Assembly (NCBI RefSeq): GCF_003859805.1 | Contig: NZ_RQZG01000007.1 | Coordinates: forward strand, 88,312-152,311 | DNA length: 64,000 nt | Reading direction: 5' to 3' | From: Arachnia propionica | GTDB lineage: Bacteria > Actinomycetota > Actinomycetes > Propionibacteriales > Propionibacteriaceae | Shown: positions 38,659 to 48,382 of the stretch, piece by piece | How positions within the stretch are numbered: the stretch's first letter is position 1 | How the letters are laid out: the number at the start of each line of letters is the position of its first letter | Program-made: the position numbers and the translations under genes | The notes under the pieces: generated by a model | What the model saw: only the letters and a program-made list of their open reading frames with translations | The model's database searches: none | What the model was told of the DNA's origin: nothing

Positions 38659-40968
38659 GTGTCAGCGGGCCATGGACGACACGCGGCTCGGGGTGGGACC
38701 GGGCCGCAGGATGGCAGAGTAGGGGGCGTGGACTGGGACTGGGTGACCTCGGGTGACGAGGTGGTGGCGCTGCGTCGTCTCCCGGAGTCCCCCGGCGAAC
38801 ACGTGGCGTGGCCCGCCTGGCTCCCCGACGACGTGGTGGCCGCCATCCGGGCCGCAGGGGTGGAGCGGCCCTACCGGCACCAGGTGTCCTTCGCCGAGTT
38901 CGGCCACGCCGGGGTCCACGCGGCGATCTGCACCCCCACCGGCTCCGGCAAGTCACTGGCCTACCTCATGCCCATCCTCGCCTCCCTCGACACCCCCACC
39001 ACCTCGGCGCGGGGTTTCGTCCACCGTCGCCCCACCGCCTTGTACCTGGCCCCCACCAAGGCCCTGGCCCACGACCAGGCCCGGGCCGCCACGGCACTCG
39101 CACCGAACCGGGTGCGCATCACCACCCTGGACGGCGACTCCGACGAGGCAGAGCGTCGCTTCGCACAAGAACACGCCCACCTGGTGCTGACCAATCCCGA
39201 CATGCTCCACCACTCGGTGCTGCCCCGCCATCACCGGTGGGCCACGTTGCTCGGTGGGCTGCGCCACATCGTCGTCGACGAGGCCCACCACTACCAGGGC
39301 GTCTTCGGTGCCCACGTCGCCCAGGTGCTGCGACGCCTCCGCCGGATCGCCCACCACCACGGTGCCGACCCCACCGTGCTGCTCAGCTCCGCGACCACCC
39401 CGAACGCCGCCACCTTCGGTGGTGCCCTCATCGGGGAGGACGACGTCCAGGTGGTGGAGCACTCCACCGCTCCTGCCCCCGCCCGCACCGTCGCCCTGTG
39501 GCGGCCCGCGACCACCGTGCACCACGACACCGCACGATTGCTCGCCGGGCTCAGCGACGGCGGCACCCAGACCCTGGCCTTCGTCACCTCCCGGGCCGGG
39601 GCGGAGCTGACCTCCCGGACCGCAGCCGAACTGGCCCGGGAGCCGGAACGGATCGCCTCCTACCGGGGCGGCTACCTGGCGATGGAGCGTCGCGAGCTGG
39701 AGGCGGCCCTGCAGGACGGCACCATCAGCGGCCTGGCCACCACCAGCGCACTCGAACTGGGCATCGACGTCTCCGGGGTGGACTCCGTGCTCATCGCCGG
39801 CTTCCCGGGACGGTTGTCGTCGTTCTGGCAACGGGCCGGACGTGCGGGACGTGCCGGACAGGACAGCCTGGTGGTGCTGCTGGCCAGCGAGAATCCCCTG
39901 GATGCCTACCTGCTGGAGCATCCCGAGCTGGTGCTCGACTCCCCCGTCGAGCAGGCCGTCTGCCACCCCGAGAACCCCCATGTGCTGGGGCCACACCTGG
40001 CCGCGGCGGCCCAGGAACTGCCACTGAGCGCCGACGACGAACGCTGGTTCGGCCCGACGACCCTTCCGCTCGCCTCCCACCTGGCTGCATCCAAGGTGCT
40101 GCGGGACCGAGGAGGCCGCTGGTTCTGGACCCGCCCCGACCGGGCCGTCGACCACATCGACCTGCGCACCTCAGGGGCCAGGCCGGTCGAGATCATCGAA
40201 CGTGCCACCGGCGTGGTGATCGGCACCGTGGACCCCGAGTCCGCGGACCGCATCGTCCACGTCGGGGCGGTCTACCTGCACCGGGGCCAGAGCTTCGTCG
40301 TCACCCGACTGGACCTCGAGGAACGCCAGGCCCTGGTGGTGGCCTCGCACCCCACCTGGTACACGGTGGCCGAGACCACCCGCGACATCGAGATCGTGCG
40401 GGAGCTGCGCCGCAGGACCCTCGGGAACACCGAGGTCTGCTTCGGGGAGGTCAGGCTGACCTGGCAGGTCACCGGGTACCTCCGCCGCGACGAGGTGAGT
40501 CACGACGTGCTCGATGCCACCCCGCTGGAGTGCCCGCAGCACACCATGGTCACCCAGGCCGTGTGGTACACCGTCCCCGACGAGGTGGCCCGACGCATCG
40601 CCACCGGCGGGGCCGAGCTGGTCCTCGGGGCCGCGGCACATGCCGCCGAGCACACCGCCATCGGGCTGCTGCCCGCCTTCGCACCCTGCGACCGCTGGGA
40701 CATCGGTGGCGTGTCCACCGCACTCCATCCCGACACGGGCCTGGCCACGGTCTTCGTCCACGACGGCCTGGAGGGAGGCGCCGGGTTCGCCGCCCAGGGC
40801 TTCGAGCAGGCCGAGGCGTGGCTGGGCGCGACCCTGGAGCGACTGCAGGACTGCCGCTGCGACGACGGCTGTCCCGCCTGCGTGGTCTCCCCGAAGTGCG
40901 GCAATGCCAACCACCTGCTGGACAAGGCCGCGGCCACCACACTGCTGAGGCTCATCCTGGACCGATGA
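38659..40968 (+). CDS. DEAD/DEAH-box helicase with C-terminal DUF1998 (MrfA/Lhr-like) zinc-binding domain
   Basis: Motif I ICTPTGSGKSLAY, motif II VVDEAHHY, and helicase-C motifs. The C-terminus has CRCDDGCPACV Cys cluster. The true start may be an internal GTG (VDWDWV) shortly downstream of 38659. Confidence 0.85.
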   Translation: MSAGHGRHAARGGTGPQDGRVGGVDWDWVTSGDEVVALRRLPESPGEHVAWPAWLPDDVVAAIRAAGVERPYRHQVSFAEFGHAGVHAAICTPTGSGKSLAYLMPILASLDTPTTSARGFVHRRPTALYLAPTKALAHDQARAATALAPNRVRITTLDGDSDEAERRFAQEHAHLVLTNPDMLHHSVLPRHHRWATLLGGLRHIVVDEAHHYQGVFGAHVAQVLRRLRRIAHHHGADPTVLLSSATTPNAATFGGALIGEDDVQVVEHSTAPAPARTVALWRPATTVHHDTARLLAGLSDGGTQTLAFVTSRAGAELTSRTAAELAREPERIASYRGGYLAMERRELEAALQDGTISGLATTSALELGIDVSGVDSVLIAGFPGRLSSFWQRAGRAGRAGQDSLVVLLASENPLDAYLLEHPELVLDSPVEQAVCHPENPHVLGPHLAAAAQELPLSADDERWFGPTTLPLASHLAASKVLRDRGGRWFWTRPDRAVDHIDLRTSGARPVEIIERATGVVIGTVDPESADRIVHVGAVYLHRGQSFVVTRLDLEERQALVVASHPTWYTVAETTRDIEIVRELRRRTLGNTEVCFGEVRLTWQVTGYLRRDEVSHDVLDATPLECPQHTMVTQAVWYTVPDEVARRIATGGAELVLGAAAHAAEHTAIGLLPAFAPCDRWDIGGVSTALHPDTGLATVFVHDGLEGGAGFAAQGFEQAEAWLGATLERLQDCRCDDGCPACVVSPKCGNANHLLDKAAATTLLRLILDR

Positions 40969-41557
40969 GCCTGCCCACCAGGGAGGCCACCAACGGCACC
41001 ACACCCAGCAGCACGAAGGCGGGCAGGAAGCAGGCCATCAGTGGCTGCACCGATTTGACCCCGACGGCCCGGGCCGCACGCATCGCGGCCTCACGGCGAC
41101 GTCGCCTGACCTCCTCCGCGTGGACCCGCAGACTCTCCGCCATCCCCGTCCCACTGCGCAGCGCGCGCGCCAGGTCCCGGGCCGGTGGCCCCCACGCAGG
41201 ATGCTCCGCCAGCGTCAGCCACGCCTTCGTCGGGTCACGCCCGACGTGCAGGGCCGCCACCACCCCACCCAGCACCTCGGCGGTCGCCGGTGGACTGAGT
41301 TCACGCAGCGTCGTCACGGCCCCCGTCAGCGTCGCCCCGGACTCCAGGCAGACCGCCATCAGCTCCAGGGTCTGGGGCAGTTCCGCAGCCACCGACGCGG
41401 ATGAGCGGTCCTTGTCGCCTCGCCCCCGCCGCCACCACGACCCCCGACTCCCGGATGACAGCGGCACCGGGGACTCCCGCAACCGGGTCATTGGATCAGG
41501 AGGCCACAGCAGCAGCACCGCAACCCCGAGACAGATTCCGACGAGCACCTCGGTCAT
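40952..41557 (-). CDS. TadC-like (type II secretion system F family) membrane protein
   Basis: Start set at MTEVLVGICLGVAVLLLW. T2SSF-like helical membrane protein in the tad neighbourhood. Confidence 0.5.
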   Translation of the reverse strand: MTEVLVGICLGVAVLLLWPPDPMTRLRESPVPLSSGSRGSWWRRGRGDKDRSSASVAAELPQTLELMAVCLESGATLTGAVTTLRELSPPATAEVLGGVVAALHVGRDPTKAWLTLAEHPAWGPPARDLARALRSGTGMAESLRVHAEEVRRRRREAAMRAARAVGVKSVQPLMACFLPAFVLLGVVPLVASLVGRLIGPG

Positions 41558-42327
41558 ACCTGCCCTCCCATCCGTTCCGTCCACACCAGTCCGGTGGCGG
41601 CCAACCCCACAGCCAGGAGCACCACCCAGCACCCCAGCGGGTTCCCGATCAGGAAGGCCACCGGGTTCGCCCCGGCCAGGAATCCCAGACCCAGGGCACC
41701 GAAGGGCAGCACCGCGAGCACCCGGGCGCTGCCCTTCGCCATCGCCAGCTCAGCCCCCACCACGCCCTGCAGCTCCTGCTCCGCCCTGAGGGCCTCCGCC
41801 ACCTGGGTCAGCACCGAGGCCACCGGCGCACCGAGCCGCTCCGCGATCCGCCAGGCCGCGGCCACCTGCCCGAACCCCTCCCGACCCGGCGCTGCGGCCA
41901 CCGCCGTCAGGGCCTGCGGAACATCACCCCCGAGGTGGGCCGTGGCGACGACAGGGGCCAACGCGGGACAGTCCTCGGCCGCCTCCGCCAGGGCCACCGT
42001 CGGGATCTTCCCGGAACGCAGCAGCAGGGCGAGTCCCAGGATGGACCGGGCCGTCTCCTCACGGCCACGCCTGACCCGTCGTGCCAGCCGGACCCGACGG
42101 GCCAGCCAGCCCCCGGTGCCCACCACGATGGTGGCCGAGGCCGTCCAGGCCAGTCCCTGGACGCCGCCGAGCAGCAGCCCCAGCAGCAGCGGCCCCGCCC
42201 ACAGCAACCGCACCGAGGTCCTCCCGACACGCGACGGCGCGGACTCCTGCAACCGACCCAACGACTGCCGCGGCCCCAGCCACACCAGGATCGCCAGCCC
42301 ACTCAGCAGACCCACCACGGCCGTCAC
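41554..42327 (-). CDS. TadB-like (type II secretion system F family) membrane protein
   Basis: T2SSF-like. Start set to the internal GTG overlapping the tadA stop. Confidence 0.5.
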   Translation of the reverse strand: MTAVVGLLSGLAILVWLGPRQSLGRLQESAPSRVGRTSVRLLWAGPLLLGLLLGGVQGLAWTASATIVVGTGGWLARRVRLARRVRRGREETARSILGLALLLRSGKIPTVALAEAAEDCPALAPVVATAHLGGDVPQALTAVAAAPGREGFGQVAAAWRIAERLGAPVASVLTQVAEALRAEQELQGVVGAELAMAKGSARVLAVLPFGALGLGFLAGANPVAFLIGNPLGCWVVLLAVGLAATGLVWTERMGGQV

Positions 42328-43463
42328 GGCCCCCACCCCATCACACAGCGCAGCTCCGCCTCGCCCGGGCCGGGGTGGTCCTGCCCGGCCTCGAAGTGCC
42401 ATGCAGGAACCACCGTCACCAGTCCGCTCGGGGTGCGCCGCACCACCCCCACCTCGGCCAGCCGACGTGAGCCGTCGCTCTCCCGACGCAGGTGCAGCAC
42501 CACTCGAAGTGCCGAGGCCACCTGGGCGTGGCAGGCGTCACGGTGCAGCCCGCCAAGTGCCGCGAGGGCCTCCAGCCGGGCCGGGACGTCATCGGCGGAG
42601 TTGGCGTGGAGGGTGCCGCAGCCGCCCTCATGACCGGTGTTGAGGGCGGTGAGCAGATCCACCACCTCCGCGCCCCGCACCTCTCCCAGCACCAACCGGT
42701 CGGGTCGCATCCTGAGTGCCTGCCGCACCAGCGTGGTCAAGGTGATGGCCCCACTGCCCTCGCTGTTGGCCGGGCGGGCCTCGAGCCGGACGCAGTGCGG
42801 ATGGTTCGGCACCAGCTCCCGGGAGTCCTCCACCAGCACGATCCGTTCATCGTCGGGCACCTCCGCCAACAACCCCGCCAGCAGTGTCGTCTTGCCCGTT
42901 CCCGTGCCACCGGAGACCAGGTACGGCACCCGTGAGGCCACCAGGGCCCGGCACAGCCGAAGTGCCAGCGGGGTGAGGGAACCCAGCTCCAGCAACCGCT
43001 CCAGGCCGAGGGTCCGTGCGCCCGGGATGCGCAACGAGATGCAGGTCCCCGGACTCGCCGTCGGGGCCAGGACGGCATGCAGCCGCACCCCACCGGGCAG
43101 TCGCGCATCGACGAACGGCTGCGCGTCGTCGAGGCGACGTCCCACGTTCGCCGCCAACCGGATCGCCAGGCGCCGCACCTCCTCGTCGTCGGTGAAGGTG
43201 ATGCCCGTGCTCTCCAGGCCTGCTCCGCGGTCCACCACCACCTGGTCCGGGCCGTTGACCAGCACGTCGGTGACCCCCGGCTCGACCAGCAGTTCCTCCA
43301 GCGGCCCAGCCCCCACCGAGTGGCGACGCACCTGGTCCAGGGCCTCCCGCAGGGATCGGTCCGTGACCACCAGACCCATGGCCCGCATCGCGACGGCGAC
43401 ATCCGCGGCGGTGTGGGGCCGCCCCAGCCTTCCCAGCCGTTGCTGCAGCTCGTCCAGCATCAC
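42324..43463 (-). CDS. TadA/CpaF-family secretion ATPase
   Basis: Walker A SGGTGTGKTTLLAGL, an Asp-box and His-box, typical of CpaF/VirB11-like ATPases. Confidence 0.85.
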   Translation of the reverse strand: MMLDELQQRLGRLGRPHTAADVAVAMRAMGLVVTDRSLREALDQVRRHSVGAGPLEELLVEPGVTDVLVNGPDQVVVDRGAGLESTGITFTDDEEVRRLAIRLAANVGRRLDDAQPFVDARLPGGVRLHAVLAPTASPGTCISLRIPGARTLGLERLLELGSLTPLALRLCRALVASRVPYLVSGGTGTGKTTLLAGLLAEVPDDERIVLVEDSRELVPNHPHCVRLEARPANSEGSGAITLTTLVRQALRMRPDRLVLGEVRGAEVVDLLTALNTGHEGGCGTLHANSADDVPARLEALAALGGLHRDACHAQVASALRVVLHLRRESDGSRRLAEVGVVRRTPSGLVTVVPAWHFEAGQDHPGPGEAELRCVMGWGP

Positions 43464-44464
43464 CGCACCTGCCCCAGCAGCCGCCTCGCGTCCTTCGCCA
43501 GCCGCCTGGCCAGCCGGGACCCGACGCTGGTCCCCTCCGCCGCGAGTCGCGGCACCCGCACGTCCTCCCGGAGCTGCCCCAGCAACGGCAACCCGAGCGC
43601 CTCCGCGACGGCGGGGCCGGGCAGTCGACGCCCTCTCCCGGAACGCACCACCACCCCGGCACCCCGGATCTCACCCGCCCGTGCCGCGGCGACGGAGGAG
43701 ACGTCCGCGCCGACCAGCAGCACCGTGGTGGCCTGCCTGCCCAGCCAGCCGACCCGCTCCCCCGTCCCGGCGTCCACCACCACCATGTCATGACTGCGCC
43801 GCAGCGCCCGCAGCACCGACTCGACGGCCGCTCTGTCGGGAAGCCGCCCCGGCCTGCGGCCGCGGGGCAGCACCTGGACCTGGTCCACCGTCGCCAGATG
43901 CCCGGTGAGATCCCCGATCTCCCCGCGCGCCGCGTGGAGGTCGTCCCAGCTCATCCCACCCACGCCTTCCGCACCGAACAGCAGGTCCAGGCCGCCACCG
44001 GGGGTCAGCTCCACCGTCACCGTCCGCGACCCGGTCTCGGCTGCCCGGGTCGCCAGCGCCACGCACAGCGAACTGACCCCCAACCCGCCACTGGCCCCGA
44101 CCAGTGCGACCACGAGGGCCTCACTGCGGACCACCCCACCGGTGCTCAGGACCTCCGCCAGCCGCGGCGTGTGGTCCGGCAACAGGATCGCGGGGACGCA
44201 CAGCTCCGCCGAGATGCGCAGCAGCTCCGGCGAGTCGAAACCGACCAGCCACGTCCCCGGTGTGGCCTCCAATCCGGCGGTCCGTGTCGCCTGGTCCGCC
44301 CCGACGAGACGCAGCGGGGTCGTCTCCCACACCTCCCTCAGCTGCTCCCGCCCCTTGACCAGGCGCAGTTCGACGCCGAGCGCGAGTGCGGTCGCCTCGA
44401 TCGTCTCGATGAGGGTCGGGTCCCGGGAGACCAGGACCGGTGGCGTGTTCTGTTCACCGTTCAC
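43460..44464 (-). CDS. Ssd/CpaE-like (MinD/ParA-superfamily-like) septum-site/secretion-neighbourhood protein
   Basis: Degenerate P-loop region (ALVGASGGLGVSSLCVALA). The position and architecture match the Rv3660c/CpaE-like gene of the tad locus. Confidence 0.6.
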   Translation of the reverse strand: MNGEQNTPPVLVSRDPTLIETIEATALALGVELRLVKGREQLREVWETTPLRLVGADQATRTAGLEATPGTWLVGFDSPELLRISAELCVPAILLPDHTPRLAEVLSTGGVVRSEALVVALVGASGGLGVSSLCVALATRAAETGSRTVTVELTPGGGLDLLFGAEGVGGMSWDDLHAARGEIGDLTGHLATVDQVQVLPRGRRPGRLPDRAAVESVLRALRRSHDMVVVDAGTGERVGWLGRQATTVLLVGADVSSVAAARAGEIRGAGVVVRSGRGRRLPGPAVAEALGLPLLGQLREDVRVPRLAAEGTSVGSRLARRLAKDARRLLGQVR

Positions 44465-44560
44465 ACATACACTTTGGGCAACCCTCGGTCCGAATGGTCA
44501 TCGAACCCCGAATCTGTGGATAACCTGATCCTCACAACTTCCCCTACCCCACGAGAAAAG

Positions 44561-45304
44561 ATGCCGAAGATCAACCCCCTGCCCCCCGAGGCGCTCACCT
44601 GGCTGGCCGTGTGGCCCGGTGTGCGTGGCCTCACGATCGGCGCTGCCCAGTTGGCTCGTCGCCTGCAGGAGGACGGGCACACCATGTTCGCGATGGCCCA
44701 CGAGGAGCACGCCATCGATCGGCTGCGCCACCGTGAGGGCATCACCCCCATCTGGGCCCGCCCGGAGGCCATGCCCATCGACCCCTGCCAGTTCGACGTG
44801 GTGTTCTGCCACCAGAGCTTCCACCACTTCGACGCCCCCCGCACCCTGTCCGAGGTCGCACGGGTGCTGCGCCCCGGTGGCTGCTTCTCCGCCTCCTACG
44901 TGGTTCGCGACGACTCGGTGCCGTGGGTCAGGCGACTGACCGCCCTGCTGCGCCACTACGACCCGATGGCGATGCGGGGCGAGTACGGCCACGACTCGTT
45001 GGAGGCCATCGACGCCTGCAAGTACTTCCCGGAGGTGGAGCACCGGGCGTTCCGGATCTGGCAGACCATCTCGCTGCCGGACCTGCAGCAGCTGGTCGCC
45101 TCCCAGCCGTTGTCCCGCAACCTCACCGAGTCCCAGGCCGCGAGGCTCCGCGACGAGGTGCGTGACCTCTTCGAGCACGCGGTCAGGCCCGGCGAGAACC
45201 TGAAACTGCCGTTCCAGCTGCTGGCCTGGCGGGCCTGGGTGAACCACGACGAGCTGACCGCCCCCGTCGCTCCACCGGAGACCGGCATCAGCATCGATGT
45301 CTGA
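44561..45304 (+). CDS. Class I SAM-dependent methyltransferase (Methyltransf_11-like)
   Basis: VLRPGGCF and a motif-I-like region. ~247 aa. Confidence 0.75.
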   Translation: MPKINPLPPEALTWLAVWPGVRGLTIGAAQLARRLQEDGHTMFAMAHEEHAIDRLRHREGITPIWARPEAMPIDPCQFDVVFCHQSFHHFDAPRTLSEVARVLRPGGCFSASYVVRDDSVPWVRRLTALLRHYDPMAMRGEYGHDSLEAIDACKYFPEVEHRAFRIWQTISLPDLQQLVASQPLSRNLTESQAARLRDEVRDLFEHAVRPGENLKLPFQLLAWRAWVNHDELTAPVAPPETGISIDV

Positions 45305-45322
45305 GGAGGTCGGCGAGTAGAG

Positions 45323-45826
45323 TTGGGCACCAGTCGGGAAAGGATGATGATGGCCAGCACCCCCACCACGTTCCAGAAACTGCGGGACTCACTCACCGAG
45401 TTCGTCGCGCGTGAGTCCGAACTGGCGAAGGCGGAGCTCATCCCTGCCGCCAAGCATGCGGGGATCGGTTCCGGTCTGGCCGCAGGGGCGGCCGCCTTCC
45501 TGTTCCATGCCGCCTGGATGCTGGTCATCACGCTGGGATTCGGCATCGGGTGGCTGTTCAACGCGCTGGCGGGGGTCTCCCTGATGGGGTCGCTGACCCT
45601 GGGCTTCCTGATCTCGATGGTGCTGTCGCTGATCGTCGCGGCGGTGCTGGCACTGCTCGCCCGGGGCCGGTTCCTGAGGGTCGAGGCCCCCCATGCCACC
45701 ATCGAGGAGGCCAGGGCCACCTTCACCGCCCTCACCGACTCGCTCGGTGGGCAGCCGAGCCCTGCCGTCACGACCCACCACGGCATCGAACTCGACGGCG
45801 TTCCCCTGGACGACTCAGTCGCGTAG
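45323..45826 (+). CDS. Holin-X-like (phage holin family III) membrane protein
   Basis: The ELAKAEL motif followed by two TM helices is typical of actinobacterial 'phage holin family protein'. Confidence 0.55.
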   Translation: MGTSRERMMMASTPTTFQKLRDSLTEFVARESELAKAELIPAAKHAGIGSGLAAGAAAFLFHAAWMLVITLGFGIGWLFNALAGVSLMGSLTLGFLISMVLSLIVAAVLALLARGRFLRVEAPHATIEEARATFTALTDSLGGQPSPAVTTHHGIELDGVPLDDSVA

Positions 45827-46453
45827 GAAACGGCCCGGAACCGACCGTACCCTGTCCCGGTCCCAGGGCAGGCCCCATCCCCCGAGGCTGAGGATGACGT
45901 CCAGCAGGTGAGCGGTGAAGCCCCAGATGAACCACTCCCCCGACTCGAAGGCCGGTCCCCGGTACCCTCCCGGAAGACTCGCGGTCACCCTGGAGGCCGG
46001 GTCGGCCAGCCGGTCGAGGGGGAGCCGCATCACCCCGGCCACCTCACCGGGATCGTTCGGGACCAGTTCCACCGGGTCCCGCCAGGAGGCGACGACGGGG
46101 GTCACCTCGTAGCCGCTGACCGGTACCCACGCCGTCGGGAGGCAGCCGATGGGCTCCACCAGCCCAGCCGGCAGCCCCACCTCCTCCTCGGCCTCCCGCA
46201 GTGCCCCTGCGACGGCGGTCTCGCCCACCTCCAGACCACCCCCGGGGAAGGAGATCTGCCCGGCGTGGGAACGCAGCCCCTGGCTCCGTTCGGTGAGCAG
46301 CACCGTCGGTGAGGACTCATCGCTCAGCAGCACCAGCACGGACGCCTGCCGGGCCCCCGCCGGGGCGGCACCGAACTGCCCCAGTCGTTCGGGACGTCCG
46401 GCCGCCAGGGCGGCTCTCAGGCTCGTGAGGCCGGGCACAGGTCCTCCAACGCG
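45815..46453 (-). CDS. NUDIX hydrolase (CoA pyrophosphatase-like)
   Basis: Nudix box GGGLEVGETAVAGALREAEEEVGL. The start is uncertain: the ORF-track start at 46531 would overlap nth by >100 nt. Confidence 0.7.
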   Translation of the reverse strand, partial: RVGGPVPGLTSLRAALAAGRPERLGQFGAAPAGARQASVLVLLSDESSPTVLLTERSQGLRSHAGQISFPGGGLEVGETAVAGALREAEEEVGLPAGLVEPIGCLPTAWVPVSGYEVTPVVASWRDPVELVPNDPGEVAGVMRLPLDRLADPASRVTASLPGGYRGPAFESGEWFIWGFTAHLLDVILSLGGWGLPWDRDRVRSVPGRFLRD

Positions 46454-47034
46454 CACTCGGTGCAGGTGGGGCGACGGGCATGGCAGCAGCGACGGCCGTG
46501 CCAGATCATCCGGTGACACAGCATCACCCACTCCTTCGGTGGGAACAACGCCCCGACCGCCCGTTCCACGTCATCGGGTCGGGTGGAGTCCACCCAGCCC
46601 AGCCGGTTGGCCAACCGGATGACATGGGTGTCCGGGGTGATGCCGGGGATGTCGAAGGCGTTGCCGAGCACCACGTTCGCGGTCTTGCGGCCCACCCCGG
46701 GCAGCTTCACCAGCTCGGCGAGGGTGGCCGGGACCTGCCCGTCGTGGTCCCTGAGCAGGGCAGCCGACAGCGCCACCAGGGAGCGGGCCTTGCTGCGGAA
46801 CAGTCCCAGTGAGGAGATCACCTGCTCCACGTCCTCGACCTCGGCCTCCGCCAGGGCCCGGGGATCGGGCCAGCGGGTGAACAGCTGCGGGGTCACCTGG
46901 TTGACCCGCGCGTCGGTGGTCTGAGCGGACAGCACGGTGGCCACCAGCAGCTGGAACGGCGAGTCGTGGTCGAGCTCGCAGTGGGCGTCCGGGTGGGCCA
47001 GGGCCAGCCTGGCCCCGACCTCGGCCGCGGTCAC
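46417..47034 (-). CDS. nth: Endonuclease III
   Basis: HhH-GPD LPGVGRKTANVV, a catalytic Lys/Asp, and the C-terminal [4Fe-4S] cluster C-x6-C-x2-C-x5-C (CHARRPTCTECALEDLC). GTG start, with a GTGA overlap with ridA. Confidence 0.9.
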   Translation of the reverse strand: MTAAEVGARLALAHPDAHCELDHDSPFQLLVATVLSAQTTDARVNQVTPQLFTRWPDPRALAEAEVEDVEQVISSLGLFRSKARSLVALSAALLRDHDGQVPATLAELVKLPGVGRKTANVVLGNAFDIPGITPDTHVIRLANRLGWVDSTRPDDVERAVGALFPPKEWVMLCHRMIWHGRRCCHARRPTCTECALEDLCPASRA

Positions 47035-47492
47035 GGGGTGTTCAGCTCAACGACGATCTCGACCTCGACGGGGGCGTCCAACGGCAGCACGGCCACCCCG
47101 ACGGCGCTGCGGGCGTGCGCGGTGCCGAACACCTCACCGATGAGCTCGGAGGCCCCGTTGGCCACCTGCGGCTGCGCGGTGAAGGACGGGTCGGAGGCGA
47201 CGAAGACCACGACCTTGAGCACCCTGGCGATGTTGTCCAGACCGCCTGCGGTCTCCGCCGCGGCGGCCAGTGCGTTGAGGGCGCACTGCCTGGCGGCGGC
47301 CGCCCCGTCGGCGATCTCCACCCCGGCCCCCAGTTTCCCGGTGACACCCAGGTGTCCGTCGCGCATCGGCAGCTGGCCGGAGGTCCACACCTGGTCGCCC
47401 ACCCGCAGGGCGGGCGTGTACGCGGCCAGCGGCGTCACGACGGCGGGCAGTTCCAGCCCCAGGGCGGCGAGCCGCGTCGACGGGCTGGTCAT
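47031..47492 (-). CDS. ridA: RidA/YjgF-family reactive-intermediate deaminase
   Basis: YjgF-fold blocks. Start set at MTSPSTRL. Confidence 0.8.
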   Translation of the reverse strand: MTSPSTRLAALGLELPAVVTPLAAYTPALRVGDQVWTSGQLPMRDGHLGVTGKLGAGVEIADGAAAARQCALNALAAAAETAGGLDNIARVLKVVVFVASDPSFTAQPQVANGASELIGEVFGTAHARSAVGVAVLPLDAPVEVEIVVELNTP

Positions 47493-47650
47493 CACTGGTC
47501 CAGCGGACGCTTGAAGTAGCCCACCAGCGTGTCCGGGTTGGGCCCGGGGGCCAGGGTCACGAGCTCCCAGCCCTCGGAACCGAAGTTGTTGAGGATCTGC
47601 TGCGAGACGTGGCTGAGGATCGGAGCGGTCAGGTATTCCCACTTGGTCAT
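47492..47650 (-). CDS. DUF4177 domain small protein
   Basis: MTKWEYLTAPIL...GWELVTL matches the DUF4177 pattern. Confidence 0.55.
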   Translation of the reverse strand: MTKWEYLTAPILSHVSQQILNNFGSEGWELVTLAPGPNPDTLVGYFKRPLDQ

Positions 47651-47691
47651 GCCCCCAAGCTTGCCACCGACCATCGACCGTTGTCGATGGC

Positions 47692-47976
47692 TCACCCGGC
47701 CTTCGGCAACTGCCCGTAGGTCAGCAACAGGTCCCGCCAGGACGTGATGTCCGGACGGGTGCGGAGCAGGTGCCGTCGTTCACGTTCGGTCATGCCACCC
47801 CACACCCCCCATTCGATCCGGTTGTCCAGTGCTTCTGCCAAGCACTCCATCCTGACCGGGCACCCGATGCACACGTTGCGCGCCCGCTTCTGCTCCTTCC
47901 CTTCGGGGAACAGTGCGTCCGCCATGTCCCGACACCTGGCCCTCAGTGTCCACTCACTTGCCTCTGCCCAAGACAT
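47692..47976 (-). CDS. whiB: WhiB-family (Wbl) Fe-S transcriptional regulator
   Basis: Four-Cys pattern C-x(n)-CIGCPVRMEC and the GVWGG turn. 94 aa. Confidence 0.85.
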   Translation of the reverse strand: MSWAEASEWTLRARCRDMADALFPEGKEQKRARNVCIGCPVRMECLAEALDNRIEWGVWGGMTERERRHLLRTRPDITSWRDLLLTYGQLPKAG

Positions 47977-48224
47977 CCATGCCCTCCCTCGCGCATCGAC
48001 ACCGTCGTTTTCTTGACGCTAGCGCATTCCCGGGAAAAGCAAAAGTGGTAGTGGATTCAACCTCAACCGTCGCTGCAGGGCGGCCGCTCGACCTGAGTAC
48101 CACGCTTCAGGGACGGTTCGAGACACCCCGACCCGCGCTCGACGCTGACGTGCGCCTTCACCCGATAGGCCGACATCATTTCTGCTGAATGCCTAGTCAG
48201 CCGCAGGTTGACGATGTTTTTCCA

Positions 48225-48242
48225 CTGAGTACGGATACTCAG
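48225..48242. promoter_or_regulatory. Perfect inverted repeat CTGAGTAcggaTACTCAG in the AT-rich divergent intergenic region between the two WhiB-like genes
   Basis: 7-bp arms with a 4-nt spacer. The surrounding ~120 nt is distinctly AT-rich for this genome and contains the TTGACG hexamer. Confidence 0.4.
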
Positions 48243-48382
48243 ACGGCGCCGTCCCCAGTACCTAGCCAAGACGGGTAGTACCCACTAGCGAAAACGCTGT
48301 TCAGGCCGAGCCGGATCCGCCACTGTAGATGTCACAGGAACGAAACAGTGGCCCCCACATGATGGGGCGAGGAGGAACAACG

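Noticed and set aside
38808-41789. 993-aa ORF on the + strand
   Set aside because: It is an alternate frame of the helicase gene extending over the minus-strand tadC/tadB genes. The translation is essentially poly-Arg/Pro/Gly. The in-frame helicase ORF (38659..40968) has clear motifs.
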